Part shown: one piece after another, positions 16,736 through 33,325 of the stretch
Layout: each line of letters starts with the position of its first letter
Position numbering within the stretch: the stretch's first letter is position 1
Assembly (NCBI GenBank): GCA_009914755.4
Contig: CP068257.2
Span: 15,904,001 to 15,968,000, forward strand
Source of the DNA: the human T2T-CHM13v2.0 reference genome, Homo sapiens
DNA: 64,000 nt
Reading direction: 5' to 3'
Notes under the pieces: model-generated
The model's database searches: none
What the model was told of the DNA's origin: nothing
The model's input: the letters and a program-made list of their open reading frames with translations, nothing else
Program-made: the position numbers and the translations under genes

Positions 16736-19143
16736 AGCCTCCATATGTCTCATCTGTGCTCTCCGTGTTCCTTTCCTTTTTTTGATATATGAAAACCTAT
16801 TCTGTTCTAAATTGTGTTACTAGCCTCAAAATACATCAAAAAATAAGTTAATCAGGAACTGTACGGAATATATTTTTAAAAATTTTTGTTTGGTTATATC
16901 GAAATAGTTACAGGCACTAAAGTTAGTAAAGAAAAGTTTACCATCTGAAAAAGCTGGATTTTCTTTAAGAGGTTGATTATAAAGGTTTCTAAATTTATCA
17001 GTACCTAAGTAAGATGTAGCGCTTTGAATATGAAATCATAGGTGAAGACATGGGTGAACTTACTTGCATACCAAGTTGATACTTGAATAACCATCTGAAA
17101 GTGGTACTTGATCATTTTTACCATTATTTTTAGGATGTGTATTTCATTTATTTATGGCCCACCAGTCTCCCCCAAATTAGTACAGAAATATCCATGACAA
17201 AATTACTTACGTATGTTTGTACTTGGTTTTACAGCTCCTTTGAAAACTCTGTGTTTGGAATATCTCTAAAAACATAGAAAACACTACAGTGGTTTAGAAA
17301 TTACTAATTTTACTTCTAAGTCATTCATAAACCTTGTCTATGAAATGACTTCTTAAATATTTAGTTGATAGACTGCTACAGGTAATAGGGACTTAGCAAG
17401 CCCTTTTATATGCTAAAGGAGCATCTATCAGATTAAGTTAGAACATTTGCTGTCAGCCACATATTGAGATGACACTAGGTGCAATAGCAGGGATAGATTT
17501 TGTTGGTGAGTAGTCTCATGCCTTGAGATCTGTGGTGGTCTTCAAAATGGTGGCCAGCCAGATCAAGGATGTAGTATCTCATAGTTCCCAGGTGATATTT
17601 TTCTTATTAGAAAAATATTATAACTCATTTGTTGTTTGACACTTATAGATTGAAATTTCCTAATTTATTCTAAATTTTAAGTGGTTCTTTGGTTCCAGTG
17701 CTTTATGTTGTTGTTGTTTTTGGATGGTGTTACATATTATATGTTCTAGAAACATGTAATCCTAAATTTACCCTCTTGAATATAATCCCTGGATGATATT
17801 TTTTATCATAAATGCAGAATAATCAAATACATTTTAAGCAAGTTAAGTGTCCTCCATCAATTCTGTATTCCAGACTTGGGAGGATGTACAGTTGCTGTTG
17901 TGTGATCAAACATGTCTCTGTGTAGTTCCAGCAAATCAAGCTGAGCTTTGAAAAAGTTTGTCTTAGTTTTGTGAAGGTGATTTATTCTTAAAAAAAAAAA
18001 GAAAGAAAAAGAAAAAAAGATAAGAAGAAGGAGTAAAGGGACTACTCCTCCTTGCCAAATGTGCTAAATATCATTTTAGGAGAAGAAAGTGGGTTTATTG
18101 TATTTCCCTTAAGATTGTGAGGGAGTGTGGATACAGTAGAATGAGCCAACAGCTTCTTTATAATAAATACGGTCTGCAATAAATTATTTCACTAGCTCTA
18201 AAACCTTTCCCTAGATTTTAGTAGGGAGTTGGTTTCTGTTAATATCTTTGGGTGCTGTGGTGGTAAATGCTATATTATGAACGGTGGCATGTATTTACAG
18301 TTAGAGTATTGTGTGTACACTTTTTAATGGTAAACTTAAGCTGAATGTGTAATGGATTTGTGTATAGTTTTACATATTTGGAAGCATTTTAAAAACAGGT
18401 TTTAACCTTATGTAAAATTACTTTTATACTCGTGTTAACATTTTCATCTGTGCCTTTTGGTAATTTAATTTCTATTATGAATTTCTGGTGCCTATGAGCT
18501 AGCTATCACCTACCTGAAAGGTGCTTAGAGGTGAAGGTACTGTTTCTAAAAACACATCACTGTGATACCTTTCTATCCTCACATTTTCAAGCTTGCCTCT
18601 TTTCTGTTCTTTGTGGATATAACTTAAGCAATTGTGTTATTCATAAAGGTTTAGAAATTTCAATATTCCCAACACTCTATGTTTCTGATTTTATAACAGT
18701 AGCCATTTTTGAAAGTCAGATGTTTGGCCTGTTTTATATGAATAAAGTTTATTTATAAAATATTATAAAAAATAAGTAAATAAACAGAACATTAATAATA
18801 AAGTTTTGGTTCTTCCTATTCCTGACTTTCATATAATGAAAATTATCCTATTGATCTAAGTAGAAGTTATCATAGAAAGTGGACACGTATAAGACTTTCC
18901 TTCCTTTTTTTTTTTAATAACATATGAGGAACAAGACTTCTCTTCCCATATACTTCATATTTTAGAGGACATTGTTTTAAAGGCTTATGTCTCACTGTAA
19001 AATTCTGTCAGCCAAATAGTACCAATACGTTTTCAAGTAGTTCTCACTGATAATTTAGTTGAACCAGAGATCAAATATTTGCTCCCGAATTACTACTGGT
19101 AATCAAGTAGTTGAACAAAAAATTACTAAAGCATTTCCGTTAG

Positions 19144-19471
<328 letters not shown>

Positions 19472-19596
19472 CAGTACTGCATCTTAACAGCAAAGCCATT
19501 TTATTCTACTTTATAACTGAGAGACTTGATACCATCCATCTCTAGGTTACAGAGGATAATTTGAAGAGAAATGTTACTGTAGAATATATAGTTCTG

Positions 19597-19733
19597 TACT
19601 TTTTTTTTTTTTTTTTTAAGAGATGGGGTTTCACTATTGCTCAGGCTCGTCTCAAACTGCTGGGCTCAGGAGATCCTCCTGCCTTGGCCTCCCAAATTGC
19701 TGGGATTACAGGTGTGAGCCGCAGCATCCAGCC
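19597..19733 (-). mobile_element. Alu right-arm fragment, antisense
   Basis: ttttttttttaagagatggggtttcactattgctcaggctcgtctcaaactgctgggctcaggagatcctcctgccttggcctcccaaattgctgggattacaggtgtgagccgcagc. Confidence 0.7.
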
Positions 19734-22700
19734 AGTTCTGTACTTTGAATATGGAGTAGTTTACAGCTATTTTTTTTTCTTACTGGTAATCTTAACTAAT
19801 ATGATTCCCTTATTAGAGAGCCTCTCACTCCCCCACCCCCAAAAATGTCTACTATTCATGACAGTAACCAATTATTCTGGACAAATTGCTTCTTTTTAAT
19901 TTGAGCTATCTGCCATGGACTTTCTAAAATGGAAACACAGCCTGAGTGTATCTTAGGGAGAGTTTGATTGAAAAAATCCAAATCACTATCCATATAGATC
20001 ATGGATATAAAGAGATACCTGATTTTTATTAAAAAGATACTTTTTCAAATTTAAGAGTTAATCTTGGAAATTTGGAACAAGTAAAGGGGCAAGTAAACCT
20101 TTTGATGAAATATAAAAGGAACTCATTGCATGAAGTTGACTATCAAATTCTGTGATGTGTGGCTTCTTAAAAATATTCTCAGTGTCTTTTGTGTGCGTGC
20201 AGCATGTACATTTGATGTTATGTGAATGTTGAGTTTTTTCTTCTAATTTTCACTTCAGCAGTGTTTAGGGCTTTCAGATGCCTTATTCCAGTGTGAACAG
20301 AAAAAGTTCATATTTTATGTGGTTAATGCTTTGATGTGTCACATAAAGAGTAGTTTGTAGAAAATGTTGGCACAATTTTAACTTCTTAGTGGCTTGTGAC
20401 ATTATATATTATATATATATATGTATATATATCTTTATAACATTCCTGTGTTTAGTAGTGTAAATGTTCTGGGCAAGTTTTAATATTTTGAATGCCTTTG
20501 GATATTCCAGCAATAAAGGCATCATGTTCTGCAATAGGATTTCTTACTCATTTACCTATTTTAACACTAAAATAGACCACAACTGAGCACAAATTCCTTT
20601 TATAAATGTTATAGAAGCAGGGAAGAATAATAAACACATTTGTGAATTGTGGTTCAGTTTATTTATCTTTAGGGAAGGCTGATCATTTATCTTATAGCAC
20701 ATAACCCCAGCCTCTTATTCATTATGGTTAACTTTTATAATTTATCTTATTTTATAATTTAAGAATATAGTACATATCAGTTGGGTTTGGTTTTGGTCAT
20801 CGAGACTAAAAGCTCCATCAAAACAGAACTTTGTGTTTTCTGCTAACTTATTTAATGACACAAGTTTTAAGAGAACCACAATTCATTGATTCACTTATTC
20901 TTTTCCCTAATTGTGAATTTTAGTGATAAATACACCTGTACTACTGAGGAAAATATTCTGACACTTCACGTGTGCAAAGTATAGAACTGACAGTGTCAGT
21001 TTCAGATTTTGTATGTACGATTTCTGGCTTATATATCCAATGGTGCAGATTTTGAAATTTGTAAGAACAAAATTTGTTAAGAAAAACAACTTGCTCTAGT
21101 TTTGTGACCTTGTGTACTTTTGAAATAAAATCAAGAAAGCAGTTCTCTGCCTCATGGTGTGGCTTTATTGTGCCTTTTTTACAGTGTCCACTAAAGCTTT
21201 AATATTTTATTCCTCCCTGCTTGCTGTGTCATGGTTTCCTTCCCCCCGTGTATCCTCTAAACAGAAAGAATAAAGATTGCGACAATCATATTAATACATC
21301 ATTGAAAACATGTCAAGCATACAGACCATTATCTCCCCATTCCTGTGTGCTTATATAACAGTATATACTATTTGGGGTTGAAACCTCCAACGTTCTGTGA
21401 TCATTTCAGAATTTACAGTATAAACTCAAACATTTTTCAGATACATTGCCCAATGTGTGTATATATACACAGATATGAGGATGGGAAGTCAAAGATCAAG
21501 GCACTGGCAGATTTGGTGTCTGGTGAGAGCTTACCTTCTGTCTCAAAGATGGCGCCTCTTGCTGTATTCTCACATGACAGAAAGGAGGAAAGGGAGCTTC
21601 CTCTAGCCTCTTTCATAAGGCCATTAATGCTATTCATGAGAGTGGAGTCCTCCTGACTTGATCACTTCCCAGAGGGGCCCCACATCTGAGTGCTATCACG
21701 TTGAGTATTAAGATTTCAGCATAATGGTGAGATTTGGGCTTCTGGCTAATAAAATGTATATCAACATGAGAATTTTAGGGAGGCACAGATATTCGAACCA
21801 AAGTAACATCTCGTTATGGCTTAAAGTATTTTCATTCACTGTAAATGTTGATTTCAGGAAAAACCAGAATGGGCTGTTGATGCTACTTTAAGAAGCATGT
21901 TGAGGAATATTGTGTTTATACTAGGGTTTCTCAACCAGCACTATTAACATTTTGGGCTGGATAATTCTTTGTCGTAGGGGACTGTCCTGTGCATTGCGAA
22001 ATGTTTGGCAGCACCCCTGGCTTCCACCCGCTGGATATCAGTAGCACCCTGGTCCCCGCCACCACAGCATCCCCACCACAGTTGTGACAATAAAAAGTAT
22101 TTCCAAACATTACCAAATATCTCCCCTGGGGTCGGAGCCAAATCGCCTCCTTTTGAGAACCACGGATTTATACTGATGTGAAATTTTCTACTCGGCGATT
22201 AAAAGGTGAAGAGCACAGGGCTTAGAGTCAGGCATGTTTAAATACCACTTATTACTAGTTGCTTCACTTTGCTTCAGTTTCCTAGTGCTTAAAATGGTAC
22301 AAAATACCTACTTCACAGGGGATGTTGGAGGATTTCAAAGAGATAGAACTGATATAATAATGAAAGTTCTTTGTATTTATCCTTGATAGCTGGGATGCTG
22401 ATAATGATACAGACTTTCAAGGAATCGAGATTACAGTACAATATGCCAAGTGGAACTGAGAATAATTAAATGCCTTTCATTTAGACCATATTTTAATCTT
22501 ATAGCTCTAATGGCTGGATCATATTTCTGCTTAACAAATGGCAAAGCTGATTAAACTGAGACAACATTGGGTATGAAGTAACTTATTATTCAGTAAAAAT
22601 AGTGTAAGTCTAAGGCATAATCAAAGATAATTTCAAGATGCAGTAATACCAACAGTGAAAAAATCAAGAAGCTACTCCAAGAAACTAAGCTCAGTTTTTC

Positions 22701-23109
22701 TGCCGGTATTTCCAAAATGTAAGTCAAACATACTTTGTTACTTAGATGATTTTTAAATTGTGTTAAATATTTATAGGGGGAAAAGTTGCTACTCTAAGGT
22801 AACTATACAAAAAGAAGCTATTAGGTTTTCCAAATTAGGGATACTTCTGTGCCCTCCTCAGTGTCAACACAGGTCTTTTATGGCACAAAACCTTTGCATT
22901 CTAATTGTTTCGCATGCTTGATATACCTCCTTCAGTAACCTGAAGGTGATTTACCCACCTCAGTCCCCACTGCCTAAGTCTATGACTTCCAAATTGCTCA
23001 GTAAATGCTGAGTGGATATTTAGTAAGAAACCTATGGACACTAGGGACAAATATGTGTTCATTAAATATGCATCATATACTCTGCAAGCCACCTGGCCTG
23101 GTCTCTTCA

Positions 23110-23438
<329 letters not shown>

Positions 23439-24669
23439 TCATGAGAAAAAGGATGAGTATGTGCAGTGAGGGGAAAGGCTGCACTTGGCTTAAAGAGTTA
23501 ACTTGCGCAAATACAGCATGGGGTTACCTGACTCAGTAGTAGCGAACACGGAAAACAGAACTCATTGTAAGAAGCATTTCAGAAATATGTTTCTAAAGCC
23601 CTTACAGATTCCCGCTGAGTAGGTCTAGGGTGAAATCAGTGACTCTTCTCTCCCAGATTATTTCAATAATTAACCAACTTAGGGAGCCTCTGGGTGCTTA
23701 GGAAACCCTTTGCAGATGACTGATTTCCATGCTGAGGCACTAACTAACGTTGTTTTTTTTCCCCTGGGCTTCACAAAATTGCAGACTTTTAGTGTGGTTA
23801 AAAAAAAAATACCTGCTTAAAATTTGTTGTTTAATTTTGGTATACTAATAATATATCTTAGTATCAGAATTTGAGGTGATCTGCGAAAATACCAAAAACA
23901 ATTTCTTAGAAGATTTTAGCTTTCCAAAAGACCTGAAGAGTATTCCGTCAAAGTCTTTTTAAATGGCTAGTCTTCTGAAATGCCTAGTCATTTACAAGTC
24001 ATTTCTATGTGTGATTGTATTAGCTGTAACAAATGGCTACAAATTGCTTGAAGAACAGAAATGTGTTATAGTTCTGGAGGTGGAAGTCCAAAATCAAGGT
24101 GTTGGCAAGATTGGTTCCTTCTGAGGGCTGTGAGGGAAGGATCTGCTCCAGACCCCTGTCTTTGGCTTGTAGGTGACCATTTTCTCCATCTCTCTTCCAT
24201 CTATGCATGTCTACCACCGTGTGTACATTTCCATTTTTTTAAGGACACCAGTCACTGAATTAGGACCTACCCATATAAGCGCATCTCAACTAATTGCGTC
24301 TGTAGCAAATCTGTTTCCAAACAAGGTCACATTCTGAGATTCTAGGGAATCTGAGACTTCAACATAGAGGTGTCCCATAGAGGATGGGGACACCTCAACC
24401 CGTAACAGTAATGATGACTGCACATTATGAGAGGGACTAATAAGATAGTGTGCATTGGTATAAAACATGTACCCAGAGGGTTCTCTGTTTAACTTTCAAT
24501 GGCATAATAACAGTATCAACACCTAAATAACTATGCCAACATAGTTATTTCATGATCCTCAACTGCCTCTGCCTGCCCCAGGAATATACTATCTTTATTT
24601 CAAATATGGGTGACTTTGTTAACTTCACATCTGTTTGTCAAGTGAAAAAGTAGTTGAAACGGTTATGAG

Positions 24670-25005
<336 letters not shown>

Positions 25006-26029
25006 CTAGTTTTTGAGGGAAGTAAAGCTTAGAGGAACTTCTACATTTCACACTTGATCTTAGCCAAAAGGCCAGGAAGTGATAAGAACTTCTACATTTT
25101 AAGTTATTCACAAGATAACTATTAATGAACCTGAAATAGTTTGTAAAGTATTTCAGAAAGGTGATGCACAAAGTATAGAGTGAAATCTAACCCTCTCACC
25201 CGTATTTCCCAGTTTCTGTCCCCACTTCCCCTTCAAAAGGCATTAACTGATTGCTTCTTCAATTTTGATAATTTTTGAATAGGTCATCTATTTCACAGAA
25301 GAAAATTCAAAAGGTCTGAGTATATAGTGAAAAATGTGATCAGTTTTTTATTTACCCTTCTAGGAATGCTCTATACATAGTCCAGTACTTGTGTATGTGT
25401 GTTTGTGAGTTTATCCTGAATATTTTATTTTAAAAAGTTAACAGTGAATGGATTGGTCATGATGGGTGAGTGGATATTAGGTTTTTGGTTGGAGTAACTG
25501 TGTGGGAAATTATGATACTAAGCTAGGAAAGACAGAAGGATTAGCAAATTTGAAAGCAGAACCCTGTTTTAGCCATGCAACATATAAAATGTCTATTAGA
25601 ATCCAGGCATGATGATAGGAGGCAGGTGAATTACCAACTTGGACCTAAGTAGAAAATTCAGAAATGGAGAGAAAATTGGACAGTTTTAAGCCTTAAGGCA
25701 GATTTTAGACAGGAATAGATGAAGTCATCATGGTAGAGAATGCAGACAGAAGTAAAGGTAGTGATCAGAGCGCTAATTCTTTGAATGTTCAGAAGTGAAG
25801 CTAAGGAAATCAGTTTTGAACATGTTGAGTTTGAGAAGTTTGTTAGATATGCAAATGGAGATGTTGAATAGATACCTAGATGTATCTGGAGTAGGAGAGA
25901 GGACTGGAGATAGAAAAATGTGGATTACCAAGGATGTGTGTGATATAAACAAGTGCCCAAACTATGGGCACTTCACTCAAATAGGAAGTAGGGAAATGGA
26001 AAAATATGGAATATATATATATTACATAT

Positions 26030-26090
26030 ATACACACACATACATACATACATACATACATACATACATACATACATACATACATACATA
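26030..26090. repeat. (TACA)n / (ATAC)n tetranucleotide microsatellite
   Basis: tacatacatacatacatacatacatacatacatacatacatacatacatacata read directly. Confidence 0.95.
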
Positions 26091-26221
26091 AGGGTTGATA
26101 TTTAGGGGTCCAATGCTGTCAGCCAGTGAGAAAGATAATATTCCTGGCAACCTTGAATGAAGTGTCTCATTCTATCTGCTGCTGCTCCTGTTGGGAAGGC
26201 TTTTCTGTTTTTTGTTTTGTT

Positions 26222-26808
<587 letters not shown>

Positions 26809-26828
26809 TTGTAAAATTTTTAAAGTTA

Positions 26829-27401
<573 letters not shown>

Positions 27402-29600
27402 TTACCTCATGAATAAAATAGGATAATAGTATCTACCTTGTAGTATCTATCCCAATTTTTATGGGATTGCTGTTTACATATGTCAAGTATACAGGCTGGC
27501 ACCTGGTCAGTGATCAGTTAAGTGTTAGCTTTTAGCATCGTTATTATTCTTGTATTATACTAGTAATATTTACCTCATATCTCACTAATATAAGGTGACT
27601 GTATCCCACTTTTCCGGGGGTAGATTTATGTCTGTTACTTCGGTGTAATTGATAACAGCAATAAATCATTTGCTCTCAAAAGTATGTCGGATTGGGCAGT
27701 AAGATTTATGGTTACCCTGCCTTTGGGATTTTTACAGTAACTCGGAAGTAGTCCCTTGGTGTTATGTACTAACCATGAGAAAAATAAATGTCTCTACTCA
27801 CACTTTCTCTGTCACTGTTCAATCAAAAGCAGAACCAGCAGTTCCAAAGATAGTGAGTTATCTCCATTAAATGTTCACAGTTACAGGTCAAGCTCTTTGT
27901 TCTACTCTTTTGCCCCTTCTCACTTTTGCACTTGACTGGTCTTTATTTTAAAACAAAAAACAAAAAAGCACTATATTTATAGTTAAACAATATTTAACTA
28001 TTTAAAAACAAGTTTAAATAGTTAAAAATATGTTACATTTCCATGCTGTTTAGACTATCTCCAAAACTCTAGGATATACACCAGTACTGCTATAATGTGT
28101 GACATCATTTACTGTGTTATATCAAAATACCTGCCAGTAACGAGAGTGCCTCTGCACTTCAGTCTGGGCTACAGAGTGAGACCCTGTCTCAAAAAAAAAA
28201 AAATTGTTTCCTTGTTAAGATAACACTGTGACCAATAGTAAATGAATTTTAAAATATTTTACCTGACATCATCATCAAAACCTGTCTGTCCTATTTCACT
28301 TCTGGCATATTTAAATACATATGTTTGATTTTTAAAGTGCATGTTCTCTAATTTTTTTTCTACTTAATATTATTGTATCCTAAACATCTGTTGTTGGAAG
28401 TATTTCATATATATCCATTTTAATGAAGCATGATGTTTCATTAAGTTGACGTTCCATAACTTATCATTTTCTTATTTTTGGACCTAGAGATTGTTTTTAA
28501 TTTTATGTCATATGTAATGTTGCATTCCTGGAGTCTTTTTCATTCTTTTGAACATTCAGAGCACAGGTATTAAGACAATGGGTTGTTGGGAAAAATGAAA
28601 TGAAATTTAAGTGAAACCACTTTTTCTCACACGTCAGACCATTCTGCAAGCTTTTTTTTTTTTTTTTTTTTTTTTTTAACTGATGCATTGATCTCTAGAA
28701 CACAATTTAAGAAACCTTGGTAAGGAAAAAAAGTGAACTTCTGGCCTTTCTTTTTTAACTTGTGGTAAACACATTTAACATGAGAACTTAATCATCTTGC
28801 ATAATTAAAACTTTTTACCTGTTGAATAGCAATTCCCCATTTCTCCCTCCCCGTTTCTCCTGGCACTCTCTGCTTCTCCTACTCTCTGCTTTCTATTTTA
28901 TATACCTCATAAAAGTGGTTTTATGCAATATTTGTCCTCCTGAGACTGCCTTATTTTACTTGGCAAAATGTCCTCCAGGTTCATTCATGTTGGATATAGC
29001 AGGACTTTTTTTTTAAGGCTGAGTGATATTCCATAGTATTTAGATACCATTTTCTTAATCTACTCATCCATCTATTAACATTTAGGTTGTTTCCACATCT
29101 TGACTAATTCAGTGAACATAGGAGTGCAAATAGCCCTTCAATATCTTAATTTCAGTTCTTCTGAAAATACCAAAAGATTGGTAGGATTGCTGGATCATAG
29201 GGTAGTTCTGTTTTTAATTTTTTGAGGAATCTCCATACTGTTTTCTATAATGGCTGTACCAATTTACATTACCACCAGCAGTGTACAAGAGTTCCAATTT
29301 CTCCACATTTTCACCAGCACTTACCTTTGGTTTGTTTTTGTCTGTTTGTTTAATAGCTAAACTGACAGGTGTGAGGTGATAAGTTCTGGCCTTTCTAAGT
29401 GAAAGGTGTATGGTGAAATCACCAGGTAAGAGTGTGTAGAGTGAGAAGAAGCCCAAGTCAGCGCCCTGGGGCACGCAGGAACTAAGAAAACCCTACTGTG
29501 AAAATGAAATCATACATGATGATGGACCAGTTCTGGTAGGATGGTTGGGTCAACACTTAGAACAGTGGATTAAAGAAATCTAAGGAAGCAGGGCTGGGCT

Positions 29601-29871
29601 CAATGGCTCACGCCTGTAATCCTAGCACTTTGGGAGGCCAAGGCAGGCAGAGCCCAGGAGTTCGAGACCAGTCTGGCCAACATGGCAAAGCCCCATCTCT
29701 ACAAAAAATATAAAAATTAGCCGGGCATGGTGGCACATGCCTGTTGTCCCAGCTACTCAGGAGGCTGAGGTGGGAGGATTGCTTGAGCCCCAAGGGTGCA
29801 GTGAGCCATGATAGCGCCACTGCACTCCAGCCTGGGTGACAGAGCAAAAGACCTTGTCTTCAAAAAAATTA
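29601..29871 (+). mobile_element. Alu (older, AluJ/S-like), sense
   Basis: gggctgggctcaatggctcacgcctgtaatcctagcactttgggaggccaaggcaggcagagcccaggagttcgagaccagtctggccaacatggcaaagccccatctctacaaaaaatataaaaattagccgggcatgg ... accttgtcttcaaaaaaatt. Confidence 0.8.
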
Positions 29872-30257
29872 AGAAATCTAAGGAAGCAGTACATTTTGCA
29901 TATACCTGTCTCAAATGAAATCCTATGTAAGGTTCAAATCATATCAGATGAAATGGTTATTGTTTATCTTCTCTTTGCCTCCCCACATCCCCCCTTCACC
30001 AGATCCCCCACTAGCTCCAGAGACATCTGATTCATAAGACCCAATATAAAAGCTAATAGACTATTCTTTCAAAGTCCTTGGTGGTGAAGGGAAGGAAAAA
30101 GCAAGACGGCACAGTAACTAGAAGCAGGGCAAAGGTTAGTTTAAGATAGGAGAGATGCAAGCATAATTAATGTAGGCTGTGGAAAGAGAGCCTGGAAAGA
30201 AGGGGCCAAGATAAAATGAAGAACTTGAGAAAGTGAGAGAGATGGATGCAGATTTAA

Positions 30258-30618
<361 letters not shown>

Positions 30619-31367
30619 CTCACTTTTCTTTATGACGTATAGGTGAGGCCATTCCCTGGGCGGCTTGCCAGTTGTAGGGCAGGGTAAGAAGACAGAAAAG
30701 AGATGAAATTTAGGAAATTTCGGATGAAGAATGGGAGAGAGAAGAGGCTTAGAACACAGAAAGCAGTCCTTGAATGGTGATGGTGCTGGTGAGGTTTGAA
30801 TCACAAACTTGTTACACTGGCCATTTAGGGCCTGGATATTAGCTGGCAGAGTAAGTGCTCAATAAAAGTGTGTTTGTATGAAGACATGATTTGTTCCATT
30901 CCTGTTGTATTTTATTAAAAAAAAAAACAACCTTTCCTATTCATTTACTATTGCATATAGAGGACTTGGGTGCATCTAACCTCAGGAAGACATGAAGAGG
31001 TGATGGACTACTTTATTTATTTACTTATATTTTTTATAGAGATGGGATCTTGCTATGTTATCTAAGCTGGTCTCAAACTCCTGGCCTCAGGCAGTCTTTA
31101 GCCTTTGCCTCCCAAAGTGCTGGGATTATAGGCATGAGCCACCATACCTGGCCCTGGACCACTTTGGAAAGAAATATGAATCCACTTGATTATGAAAACA
31201 GCCGTTTATTAAATTTATTAATTTATTAAACAGCCTCTGCAGTTAAGTATGTTCTCCTAGACAAGAGTTGGCGAAAACTCTCACTTCTGGGTTAACTTTC
31301 TTAAAACACTTATGTTCACTCTCTTGCTCAAAAGCTTTCCTAGACAACTTCCAATTTAAAGAATTCC

Positions 31368-31648
31368 AGGCCAGGCGTGTTGGCTAACACCTATAATCCC
31401 GGCACTTTGGGAGGCCGAGGCAGGCAGATATCTCGAGCCCAGGAGTTGGAGACCAGCCTGGCCAACATGGCGAAACCTGTCTCTGGTAAAAATACAAAAG
31501 TTAGCTGGGCATGGTGGCAGGCGCCAGATACTTGGGAGGCTGAAGTAGGAGGATCACCTGAGCCTGAGGAGGTCAAGGCTGCAGTGAGTTGTGATCGCAC
31601 TACTGAACTCCGGCCTGGGTGACAGAGTGAGGCCTTGTCTCAAAACCA
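31368..31648 (+). mobile_element. Alu, sense
   Basis: ggccaggcgtgttggctaacacctataatcccggcactttgggaggccgaggcaggcagatatctcgagcccaggagttggagaccagcctggccaacatggcgaaacctgtctctggtaaaaatacaaaagttagctgggcatggtggcaggcgcc ... gccttgtctcaaaacc. Confidence 0.8.
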
Positions 31649-31776
31649 AAAATACATAAATAAAGATTAAAGTCTAAACCATAGGTTTAGTGGCTTCAGA
31701 CTTTTACATCTGACCCTGCACTATTATACTTACTCTATCCTTATACTGGCATATACATGTATTTTTTAAAAAATAA

Positions 31777-32095
<319 letters not shown>

Positions 32096-32597
32096 TAATT
32101 TAACAATTGCTCTCAGGTCATTCTGTATTTCCCTTTGTATCTATTATCTTTGGTACAAAGCAAGCTTTTTTTCTCCCAAAACTGTATAGTGTTACATCAA
32201 AGTGATACACTATAACGTATATAATCAGTTTCCAATTGATGGTCATTTAAATTAATCCCATCCTTTTGGTATAACAAGTAAAATTACAATCAATATATAT
32301 GTATATATGTCATTTTGTGTATGTATAAATATATCTTTAAAATAAATTTCTAAAAGGAGCAAATGAGTAAAGAATATTTTGATAGATACTATTAAAACAG
32401 CATCCTAAGTGTTGTGGCAGCTTATGCTTTCAATATATGAGAGTGTTTATCCCCTGAAAATCTTCACCATACTTTTATCCAACTTCTTGATCTTTCCTGA
32501 CCTCAGGAGAAAATTATCACATGGTTTAAAAGTCTACCTCTCTTTCAATTTGCTCAGTTGAGCATCTTTTTCTTTGTTTAAAAACATTTGTAGGACC

Positions 32598-32890
32598 AGA
32601 CACGGTGGCTCACACCGGTAATCTCAGCACTTTGGGAGGCTGAGGTAGGAGGATCACTTGAGGCCAGGAGTTCAAGACCAGCCAGGGCAACATAGTTGAG
32701 ACCCTATCTCCACAAAAAATAAAAAATTAGCTGGATGTGGTGGCATGTGCCTGTAGTCCCAGCTACTCAGGAGGCTGAGGTGGGAGGATCACTTGAGCCC
32801 AGAAGATTGAGGCTGCAGTGAGCTCTGACACCACTGCACTCCAGCCTGGGTGACAAAGCTAGACTCTGTCTCAAAAAAAAAAAAATTATA
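32598..32890 (+). mobile_element. Alu, sense
   Basis: ggaccagacacggtggctcacaccggtaatctcagcactttgggaggctgaggtaggaggatcacttgaggccaggagttcaagaccagccagggcaacatagttgagaccctatctccacaaaaaataaaaaattagctgg ... ctctgtctcaaaaaaaaaaaaa. Confidence 0.8.
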
Positions 32891-32939
32891 TTTTTGAGAA
32901 TTCCATTTTTCCTTTGTACTAGTAGTCTGCTAATTTGGA

Positions 32940-33325
32940 GGAGTTTGTTTGTTTGTTTGTTTGTTTGTTTGTTTGTTTTGACGGCGTTTCACTCTTCGTT
33001 GCCCAGGCTGGAGTGCAGTGGCACAATCTCGGCTCACTGCAACCTCTGCCCTCCCGGGTTCAAGTGATTCTCCTGTCTCAGCCTCCTGAGTGGCTGGGAT
33101 TACAGGCACCTGCCACCATTTCCTAAGGCCACATAGCTAGGAGTGGAATCTAGGTCTCCTGATTCCTGGTCTAGCCGAACACACCCAGGTAATTTTTGTA
33201 TTTTTAGCAGAGACAAGGTTTCACCATGTAGGCCAGGCTGGTCTCGAACTGCTAACCGCAGGTGATGCACCCGCCTTGGCCTCCCAAAGTGCTAGGATTA
33301 CAGGCATGAGCCACCGCAGCCCGCT
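32940..33325 (-). mobile_element. Antisense Alu interrupted by a ~65-bp non-Alu insert (33116-33180), preceded by a (GTTT)8 microsatellite at 32942-32980
   Basis: gacggcgtttcactcttcgttgcccaggctggagtgcagtggcacaatctcggctcactgcaacctctgccctcccgggttcaagtgattctcctgtctcagcctcctgagtggctgggattacaggcacctgccacca | tttcctaaggccacatagctaggagtggaatctaggtctcctgattcctggtctagccgaacaca | cccaggtaatttttgtatttttagcagagacaaggtttcaccatgtaggccaggctggtctcgaactgctaaccgcaggtgatgcacccgccttggcctcccaaagtgctaggattacaggcatgagccaccgcagcccgc. Confidence 0.7.

Noticed and set aside
21931-22141. Two overlapping minus-strand ORFs over ...ggctgtcctgtgcattgcgaaatgtttggcagcacccctggcttccacccgctggatatcagtagcaccc...
   Set aside because: This sequence is a widespread ancient interspersed repeat (I recognise the motif but not the family name). 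It is not coding.
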